Below are positions 44,744 to 54,116 of a stretch of 54,116 bases of DNA, one piece after another. Under the pieces are notes generated by a model, which worked only from the letters and a program-made list of their open reading frames with translations, did not search any database and was not told the origin of the DNA. Origin of the DNA: Neovahlkampfia damariscottae. Its lineage: Eukaryota. Within the stretch, counting starts at the first letter, position 1, and each line of letters starts with the position of its first letter. Both the position numbers and the translations under genes were made by a program. The stretch covers positions 1-54,116 of the forward strand of contig JABLTG010000140.1 of assembly GCA_016618085.1 (NCBI GenBank). The letters run 5' to 3'.

Positions 44744-47700
44744 ATGAAAAGTGGAACGAAAAACAACAAAACACTTTCAAGTAAACAAACATTCAACCTC
44801 ACCAATATTTTTATCAAAAGGTAACAAAAGAAAGGAAAAAGAAGACGGAGAAGAAATAGAACAAGGTACCCAAAATATTAGTTTACTTAATTTTTCAGCA
44901 AAGAAAAAAAGAAAAGACAACGTGGAAAATAATGATTCTCAAAATGAAGGAGAAATAGATTTCAACCCTGATGATTTTTCTTCTTCTCAAATTGCTTCAA
45001 CTTTTAAAGAATACCTCAAAGGTGTGAAATTTTCTTCTTCAGTTCAAGTTGAAAACCCAATTGACTTAAAATTATACCTTGTAATCTTGAAAGATTTTTC
45101 TGAAAAATATTTTAAAGGAAAAAGCTTTAGCACCAAAATCACAAGAAGCTCATGAATTTAGTTTTGGTTTTGAAAAACATATTGAAGAGAATGAAAATTT
45201 CAAACAATTACTACTTCCTTTCAAAACGTTGGTTCAATAATTTTCTTATCTTTTTATAAAGAGAATCACTTGTATTTTCATCAAATGATACAATTTGTAA
45301 GCTATTATTAAATATTACTTCACTTCAACCGATAATTTCAAGTATATTACTTGACAAAATACCTATTAACTGTCAAGATGAGTATCAATTAAAAATCCAA
45401 ATTTAAAATTTTTAAGTGATGAATATGATAGATTGGAAGACAATATTCCAAAATTAATTCTTTCTCAGTTTAGATGGCTTGATATTATTGTAAATAGTTC
45501 AAAAATGGCTGACAAATTAATTGAAATAATGGAGTTATGTCCTCCTGATATGAAAAAAGAAATAATTTCTTTCATTCCTGAAATTATAGTTGATGCTGAT
45601 AAAGTTGTAAGCAAAAGAAAAAATATAAAGTTTTATAGAACATTGCGAAAAAATTATCAGAAATGATGATGGAAGATGGAGATTTTACCATCCCAGTTTT
45701 AGAAACATTGTCAAATTTAAATGTTGATTTATTTCGAGATGGATCTGATATAATGGATTATGTATTTCAAAAAATTGAATCTGCAGAAATTGAAGAGTTA
45801 ACAGTTGTGATAAAATTCTTGCTTCAATCAGCATCTTCTTTCACAGCAGAAGAAGTGATTGGAAAATTGAGAGAAAAACTTGACTTCAAATCATTATCTG
45901 TTCTAGATGAAGATGATCAAGAATTATTAAGTCAAGCAAGAAAAGAAAAAAGAGTAATTTCAAGTGAGACTACTTCTTCAGAAGTTATGGCTTTGGATGC
46001 ATTAAAATCAGGAATCAGATACAATAAGCATGTTTCAAATGCTTTTTTAAAAGAAATCCAAAATATATCATCCACTGTAAGATTTTTTTTATTGAAACTT
46101 GAGAATGAACATTTGTTGATTGATGTTTGGGTATTGTTCATTTTATATTCATTTCAAAATACAACAAAAAAAGCAGAAGTATTACTGAAGAAAAAAATTA
46201 AATCTGGTGAATTTGATGAAATATTATTGAAGTCTTCAATCGAAAATCATTCAGAAGCTCTGATTCAGTGAGTTTTTTTTTTGTTAATTTTTCTATCAGG
46301 TTCTTTTCTCATCTTTTATCATTAGCAGATCAGTTTCTCAGAAATACAGATTTGAAGGTTATTAATGGTGGAAAGTTATTTTATAGATTAATTTTCAAAC
46401 AATTTTCATCAAATTATCACAGACAAGAAACACTAGGTTCTTTATTAACTCATATTGGATCCACATCTGTAAGAATCAAAATAATTAATTTATCAATAGA
46501 AAACCGAAGTGAATGCAGCTCTGGACATCCTTTTGATGTTGGTTGATCAACATCTTGGAGAAACAAGACAATTTTCCAATTTCCTTCAAGGGATGTTAGA
46601 TTTTCTCGAAAATTTAGATGAAGATCAAATCAGAAAAGTCTACAAACTTCTTGCTACATTATCTTACACTAAATTGAATGATACAAATGATGAATTCATC
46701 AAAAATGATACTCTCACCATAACAGTGACAAAAGAACTAACAAATGGAAGAATGAGATATCGAAGAATGGGCATCATTGGAGTATGTGCAATATTAGGTA
46801 AACTAGGCTCCATTTCTTCAAGTAATTCAATGTTCGCAAATCATGACACTGAACATAAGCTGACAAAGCAAGAATTCAGCTATATAACTTTATTTTTGAT
46901 GAATGCAATGAAAAGCTGCGTCAAAGTTCCTGTAATCATTATTTCAATTTCTAACCAAAAATTTAGATTTGCTTTACATTCTTGTATGATGAACTATCTT
47001 CCACAATCACTGAAAACAAATTATCATCACAAATTTTAGATTGGTTAAAAGATCAACTTCATGAACCGTTTGAATCAGAATATATAAAAGATTTCAAATC
47101 TGAAGACAGCATTATTGAAAATTATCCTGACAATTTTTTCAAAAAAATGGATCCAGAATTGCTAATGGAAATTAGAGAAAGTAAAAATTCATCAGTAAGA
47201 AAATCTTATTTCACACAATCGTAGATTTTAGGAATGACAATATTACCTTTCATCATTTCAGAAGATATTCATTCATATGATAATCTCTGGAATATGTTAT
47301 CACATTTTCATTTGCTTTTTAAAATTGCTCAAAGTCAAAACGAACAAACAAGTCTTGTTGGATTATTTGATGCTGCACTTTTATTATTTTCTGAAGAAAA
47401 TTTAGGAGTAATTTAAAAACAAAGTTTTAATTCAAACTGAATAGGATTTCAAAGAACTTTCTGTCAAAGAAAAAGATATTATTTGCAATTCATTATTTGT
47501 AGCAATAAATTGGTTCAGAGAATTATTGTGTTGCTTTTCGAATTTCATGAAAGATTCAACATTGAAATTAAGAGTTTTCCAAAGATTAAAAAATATAATC
47601 GAATTAGAAAGTCATTTAGATACTTGTTTATTCTTCCATGAATCATATGATGTTGATAAAACAAATCACTGGCTACAATCAGAAGATATTTCATCTGAAA

Positions 47701-49298
47701 AACCAACAAAAGTAAAAGAAAGCAAAAAAGTAAAAGAACAAATGATTTAACATTTTAGAAAAATGATGAGCAACTAGAAGATGGAGATGATGATGAGAAA
47801 AAGAAAAAATCAAAATCTTATGAAAGATCAACAACAAAGAAATATGTTTCAAAGCTCCTTCCATATATGAGAGAATTAGATCTTAGTATTTTGAACATCA
47901 TCTCAGAATTCAATCCAAAAGATACAAAAACAGGGTTGGGAGCAGCTGGATCGTTGTATGTGTTACAAGATTTGTTATTGAAATTTTCAGTTGTTAGTAA
48001 AAGAAAAACAGTTTCCCCTTTTGCAACAACTTCAAAAATATCCCACAAAGAATTAGATCAACATTCAACTGAATCATTTATTAAGAAAATAATCGTAATT
48101 ACATTTTCTTTGATGTTAAATTTTTAGAGTTTGATTCCTTCATTAGTTTCAATGTTGGAAACATATATTGAGAAATTTAATGAAGATGAAGATGATGACA
48201 ATGTTGAATATTTGAAACCAACAATCAGTATTTTATTTGAATTGTTTGAAAAATTATTTCAAGAAATAAATTCATCTCAAATAGATTACAAATTGGTGGC
48301 AGAAAAATTCAAACTTTCAGATGAAGAAAAATCATCTGTTGAAGTTATTTTTGATTATTTCAAAGGTTTTGCGTCAAAATTAGATGATAATGAAATTCTG
48401 TCAAAAATCTTGGATATTTTATTATGTTTGAATTCTAATGAATCAAATAATGATTTGAAGAGCCAAACCTATGAATTTGCTTCAGAATTGTTATTCAAAG
48501 AATACGGAAATTTGAAAGGTGAAAAACTCTCAACTGTTCTTGGTATTTATGTTAACAGTTCAAAAAACGTTTTCAGAGAAATGTTGAATGTTACAGATAC
48601 CATGATATTACCATTTCATGAAGGGTAAGAAATTGATTTTGAATTCTAAAAACAATCTTAGTGAATCGGAAAATTTACCTTCTTGTTTGACAAAAACAAC
48701 CTTCTCAACTTTCTACAAGACAATTTTTCAATTGAATGCAAATATGATTTCACAATTTGATTTAAAAATTGAAAATGAAAAAAAAATCAAAAAAATAATT
48801 GAAAAACTTCGTGATTCAACAGAAACATTCAAAAATTTAATTCACATCACAAAAACTAAAGAAACAAATGATGTGAAAATTACATCAATTGTTCATGGTA
48901 AAAAATTCTTTTTGAATTTCTTGAAAATAACCAGATTCTTGGCAAAACAATATCCATCTCATCGTTCCTTGATCAATCAAGTATTGGAAAATATTCAAAA
49001 ATCTATTAAGACTCTTCAACTTTTATGCAATAGTTCAAAGACATTTAAGAATTCTTCAGTTACAAAATCAATTCCTTCTTTAAAACGTGACATGGAAAAA
49101 ATAGTCTACCAAACAAAAATTATTTGTAAAAATGAAAAATTTAGAGTGAAAAATTGGAAAAAAGCTGAAGTGGATTCAAAAGATATGTATGATAAATTAG
49201 TTGATGAAAGTGATGAAAATGATGATATTGAAGATGAAGAAGAAGATGAAGTTGAAAATAAATCAGATGAAGAAGATATTGATGAATTTGATGAATAA
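44744..49298 (+). CDS. FANCD2: Fanconi anemia group D2 protein homologue, many introns
   Basis: IPKLILSQFRWLD, KEIISFIPEII, VVIKFLLQS, QETLGSLLTHIGS, QGMLDFLENL, KEL...RYRRMGIIG, NWFRELL...F, YMRELDL, IQKSIKTLQLLC, IPSLKRDME. Confidence 0.88.
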
Positions 49299-49415
49299 AA
49301 TTTCAATCACTTATTCATTGTCTTATACCCTTTTCATTTTACCTTCCCAAATAGGAATTTTTTCTTTTAATATTCCATCCAATTAAAATTTTCTTCTATT
49401 TGGAAGGCCTTTTTG

Positions 49416-50504
49416 ATGGAGAACAACACAGCAAAGAAAGCAAAAGTTGTAAAAGTGAAACAAGTTCCACAAAATCCACCAACACAACATCCATATTTCA
49501 AAGAAAACTTCAAAGCTTTTTGTCTAGGAGAATTGTATTTTTTATATTTTTTTAACGTCAATAGTTCATATGAAAAAATTCACATACTAGAGACAATACA
49601 AGAATACAATAAACTATTTACAATTGAAGAAAAACTTGAAAAAGCCAAAAGTATCATAATAGATTTTTTGGAAAAAGATGCTTTATTTGAAGTTCAAGTT
49701 GATTCAAAAATTATAGAAGAAATAAAACAACTTGTACAACAAGTTAAACTAGATGAGAATATATTTGAAAAATTAAGAATAGAAATTGAAAATGAACTCA
49801 AACCTGTGTACTCAGATTTTTGTTTGAAATATCCACAAAAATTGACACGTCCAATGTCACCAAATTCACTGACAAAAATTAGAGATAATTCAGTAAAAAA
49901 GCCATCTATTTCAAATATATTATCAAATTCATTTAATTTTGTCTCAAAACGACGTCAATCACTATCACAAAAAGAAAAAAAAGTTTCACCTGAAAAAGAA
50001 AGAAATAGTTCAGTTGTTCACTTTATAGAACATATGTTTCAAACTAAACAAAAAAGTCCAGCAAGTCCAAGTTTTCAATTATTCAAATCAAAAACAAAAG
50101 ATCAAGAAAAAACTGAAAAAATAGAAAAAGAAAAAGAACAAAAACCAGAAAAAAAGAAAAGAACAAGAGAAAAAGCACCAGAAATAATTTATAATTTTGA
50201 TTACAATATCGCTGAAAGTATTGAAAAATCATTGGATGATGAACAACAAAATTTGGAAGATAAAGAAATCACACTTCCAAGGAAAAAGAGCAATACAAAA
50301 CCAGATATTTATGATGATTTTGATGATGAAGTATCAATGAAGAATGTCCTCAGTGAAAATACTTTTGGACTAACAACACCTAGAATGTCAAATAATGTTC
50401 ATTCAGATAATACTCTATCATTTCAAAGTGATGATGAATTATCAATTTTTGAAGAAGAAGATCATCCTCAAATTTTACAGTATTTAGGTGCTCCTATCAA
50501 TTAA
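49416..50504 (+). CDS. RGS-like domain protein, paralogue 1
   Basis: FKAFCLGEF/SYEKI (in-frame intron at about 49535-49564), KAKSIIIDFLEKDALFEVQV, low-complexity tail ending DHPQILQY. Confidence 0.65.
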   Translation: MENNTAKKAKVVKVKQVPQNPPTQHPYFKENFKAFCLGELYFLYFFNVNSSYEKIHILETIQEYNKLFTIEEKLEKAKSIIIDFLEKDALFEVQVDSKIIEEIKQLVQQVKLDENIFEKLRIEIENELKPVYSDFCLKYPQKLTRPMSPNSLTKIRDNSVKKPSISNILSNSFNFVSKRRQSLSQKEKKVSPEKERNSSVVHFIEHMFQTKQKSPASPSFQLFKSKTKDQEKTEKIEKEKEQKPEKKKRTREKAPEIIYNFDYNIAESIEKSLDDEQQNLEDKEITLPRKKSNTKPDIYDDFDDEVSMKNVLSENTFGLTTPRMSNNVHSDNTLSFQSDDELSIFEEEDHPQILQYLGAPIN

Positions 50505-50643
50505 ATAACCGAAATTATTCGACAAATCAACATCAAACAATTTGCTAAATAAAGCAATAGGAACGAACCAATAACATTCATCAATACTTTTTGATCTCAA
50601 GTCAAGACCTGACAATACAATCCAAAGAAAGGGATCCCTAACA

Positions 50644-51442
50644 ATGGAGCTTCAAAATATAATATCAAATCCAAACCTCAAAGAAGAATTCAAAGCATTT
50701 GCTCAGAAATATGAGTAAGAAATTTATTCAATTAACTCTTCTCAGCTCACTTCAAATGGTAATACTTTATGAAAAGATACAAGAGTACAATGAACTGAAG
50801 GAAAAAGAAAATGAACAAGAAAAGGCACAAGAGATCTACGATTACGTACTTACACTTCATTTGAAGCACCCAAACTTCAACTCTAACAACAGTGACACCT
50901 TGAATGGGAAGAGCATTCAAGACATCAATGCACTCCTAAACGATGATTTGAATGAAATTGCCAAGAAATTTGTACAAAGCTCAAAAACTTTAAAAATGGA
51001 AAGAAAGACGTCCATGAGAAAAGACAAAGATTTTTCCGCATCTCTTTTGTCATTCCTACAGAACGTATTCCGCAGAGGATCTATCAGTAAGGAAGAAAGA
51101 TCGTCAAAAGAATCAAGTCCAAAACAAACAAGCCCAACAACAAAGATAGAAGTACCAAAGATTGTTGTTGATAGAATGGTCGATGCTAAAGAAGCTAAAA
51201 TGAAGTATAATACTATTACTTCGATAAAGTTAGGTATGGAAAAGGAAGACTGCACCATACCTTACTGTTTAAGTGAATATTCAATTGATTCTCTAAATTT
51301 TGATGATAGCACAGAAAACAATACAACATTTGAAGGTGATTCATTCATTGATCATCCTCAAATTTTAAATTTCATGAATAGAAAAAACAGTATGTCTTGT
51401 GATGACATCAATTTCAAATCAAAATTGACAAATAAAATGTAA
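50644..51442 (+). CDS. RGS-like domain protein, paralogue 2 (1 intron)
   Basis: IISNPNLKEEFKAFAQKYD/SLQMVILYEKIQEY...KAQEIYD. Intron at the equivalent position; tail contains DHPQILNF. Confidence 0.6.
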
Positions 51443-51544
51443 AATAGTTATTTCCCAAATATCCAAATATTATTTGAAATTCCAAATAGAATTCATTTTC
51501 AAACTTGTTTGCCTGATTGAGTAAAAGAATCTTATTGGTCAAAA

Positions 51545-51952
51545 ATGACAGTGCTGAAAATTCTCTTGCTGTTGGTGAATATTTTTTTTTATTTTTGTCA
51601 GCAAGGAAATTTAGTGTTATTAGGAGGAGGTGATAAGACACTTGATATCATGAATAAATTTATTAATCTTTCAGGTGGAAAAATAATTTAATTTTTGTCA
51701 TCACAACTGCTGTCATCAACATCAGGTGAACCAACAACACCTGAATATATGAAGTTATTCAAAGAAACTTATAAATGTACAAATGTAATTCATTTAAATA
51801 TCAATGGATGGATACAAATTTATGACACAAAAAATATGAAAAGAAGAATTGATAGAAATACAGACAATATTGGTGGATTCAACTTTAAAATGCATATTTT
51901 ACGAAATGGTGAATCATTCAACATCACATCAATGAAACCTAAAAGTTTCTGA
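51545..51952 (+). pseudogene. Internally deleted, frameshifted cyanophycinase-like (peptidase S51) gene with a signal peptide
   Basis: MTVLKILLLLVNIFFYFCQQGNLVLLGGGDKTLDIMNKFINLSGGKNNLIFVITTA, frameshift near 51712, then a C-terminal HILRNGESFNI. No GTSAG core. Confidence 0.6.
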
Positions 51953-51961
51953 AATATTTTA

Positions 51962-53578
51962 TTAATTACGATTAACACCTTTTGCTTGTTTTGATAAATT
52001 TTCTTGTTCAAGTCCTTCAAATAAAATACCTCCAGCAGGTGTATCAACAAACTTTCCAGCACCTTTAATTACGTTTAATTTTTCATTTTCCCAAACAACA
52101 ACACCTCTTGAAATTGTTGTTGTTACAAATCCAGTGATTTGTTTTCCTTCATATGCATTATAATCAACAGCATGATGTGATGTTTTTTGTGAAATTGTTT
52201 TTTTTGCTTTTGGATCAATAATAACAACATCAGCATCTGAACCTTCTAAAATAGCACCTTTACGTGGGTATACATTAAAAACTTTTGCAGCTTTTGTTGA
52301 AGTAAGTAGAACAAATCTTTCAGCTGTTATAAAACCACTTGAAACAAGTTCTGAATAAACAATATTCATACGGTCTTCAAGTCCTGGTACTCCATCTTTT
52401 CAAAAAAAAATTAAAACTTGAAATTAAAATTCATACTTGGAATTTTTCTAAAATCACCTTTTCCCATTCTTTTTTGTTCAGTTGTAAATGTACAATGATC
52501 TGTTCCAATTAAATCTAAAACACCACTTTTAACAGCATTACGAAGAGCAATTTGATCTTCTTTTTTTCTAATTGGAGGTGACATTACATAACGTGCTGCA
52601 TAATCCCAGTCTTTATTATAAACATCACTATCATCTAAAGCAAGTCCTGATAAAATTGGTTCTCCAATAACTCTAACACCTCTTGATTTTGCTTTAGCAA
52701 TTTCTTCCATTGCAAGTTTTGACATAACATGAACAACATAAAGTGGTACACCTGCTAATTCCTTTTTTTTGAAAAAGTTAAAAAAAAAAAAAAGTTACAG
52801 CAAAAGTAATTGCTCTATGAGTTGCTTCTGCTTCAACAATTGGTGGACGACTTTGTGGATGTCCTTCAGGTCCTGTAATTCCAAGATCAATCATTCTTTT
52901 TTGTCCAATATCAACAGCTTCACCATTTTCTGCATGTACCATTGGAATACAACCAATTCTTTTACAAATTTGAAAAATTTTCATAATAGATTCATCATCA
53001 ATCATAAGAGCACCTTTATAAGCCATGAACATTTTGAATGAATTAATTCCTTTTTCTTTTACAAGGTATTCCATATCTTCTTCAGTATGTTTTGTAAATT
53101 CACAGATTCCCATATGGAAAGCAAAATCAGCTGAAGCTTTTGAAGAAGCTTTTTTTAAATGTGTTTCATATGCGTCTCTTAATCTTGTTCCTGGAAATGC
53201 CACACAGAAATCCATAATCATAGTTGTACCTCCTGCTAATCCAGAAGCTGTTCCTGTATAGAAATCATCAGCTGAAATTGTACCCATGAAAGGAAGTTCC
53301 ATATGTACATGAGTATCAATACCGCCTGGTGCAACAAGTTTTCCTGATGCATCAATAACTTTAGCACCAACTGGTGGTTGAATATTTTTTCCAACTTTTG
53401 TTATTTTTCCATTTTCGATCAAAACATCAGTAACTTCTTTATGGTGTGCATTAACAACTGTTCCATCTTTAATTAAAATTGCTGTTTGGAGTTTAATGTC
53501 TTCTGGTGTTGTACCTTGTTGAGCAAAACAACCAATGAAGGCGAATAATAAAATAAGGGCAACGACTTTGTTCAACAT
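51962..53578 (-). CDS. DPYS: Dihydropyrimidinase with a predicted signal peptide (2 introns)
   Basis: PGGIDTHVH, GGTTMIMDF, GINSFKMFMAYK, MVHAENG, YVVHVMS, YVMSPPIR, GTDHCTF, IPNGVPGLEDRM, YPRKGAILEGSDADVV. Confidence 0.93.
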
Positions 53579-54116
53579 TGTGGTAAAAACTGATGATAAA
53601 TCTAATGACCAATCATATTTTTCGGTCAATAAAAATCTTTCGGGAGAATTAATTTCTGTTGTTTTTTTCATTTTTTTGTGTAAAATTTAACTTTTTTTAT
53701 AATAGTGGTGTACGATTGGTTCATCCTTCAAACCTGAAAGAGAATCGCATGAAAAAAATAAACAATTTGACAATAATTTTGGAACTGAATCGGAATATTT
53801 GATTTTTCCGTTACAAAGTGACTATTCGGAATCTTTTGTGAACTATATATAGATTTTCTAAATTCCAAAAATTATAAATGGATGGAAAAATCAGAAAAGA
53901 CGCCAAGAAAACAAATAGAGCAGGCTGATGAGCAATAATGATCAATGCAATGAAAAGTATATCACCAGTAAAAAAATCAGAGAACAGTAGGAGTTTGTAA
54001 TTCAACACTCAAACGATGGGCAAATGAAGGAAAAATTAGTAGTATCCGAACAATCGGAAACAAAAGGCTCTATGGATGTGATGACATTAGAAGAGTCTTT
54101 GGAGTTGAAAGTATTG

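Noticed and set aside
53700..54116. ORF 53811-54008 and other frames at the window end
   Set aside because: GTG start directly after a stop, no recognisable motif and stops in the frames examined; it cannot be called without downstream sequence.
1..54116. tRNA, rRNA or CRISPR arrays; bacterial contamination
   Set aside because: None was recognised. Bacterial-like genes match the host base composition and are interleaved with intron-containing eukaryotic genes.

Overview
Very AT-rich, gene-dense nuclear DNA from a unicellular eukaryote. Genes use the standard code and carry many tiny GT-AG introns (mostly 27-45 nt), with intergenic gaps often under 100 bp. A free-living amoeboid protist such as a heterolobosean is a guess, not something the sequence proves. 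Recognisable host genes are a severin/gelsolin-C2 fusion, THOC5, a KCTD-type BTB protein, NELF-C/D, a copine-like VWA protein, a CREST/ceramidase-like protein, an F-box protein, two tandem SLC43-like MFS transporters, a long-chain acyl-CoA synthetase, an ATP9/NEO1 flippase, VPS20, a RhoGEF, a TKL kinase, FANCD2, two RGS-like paralogues and dihydropyrimidinase. Four features stand out. (1) A 2.17-kb element (16755-18927) bounded by 49-bp inverted repeats and a near-perfect 6-bp target duplication. It holds decayed intronless virus-like ORFs with a shared upstream motif and an intact membrane-anchored 3CxxC zinc-finger gene, and one of its ORFs reads through the left TIR in frame into a host DUF697-like gene. 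(2) A decayed PolB-like/SF1 helicase/Zn-finger replication-gene relic at about 25.5-26.6 kb. (3) An intronless 6.1-kb bacterial-type alpha-2-macroglobulin with an intact CVEQ thioester and no evident signal peptide. (4) An apparent single-nucleotide exon in the acyl-CoA synthetase gene. All family calls come from motif recognition by eye; no searches were run.
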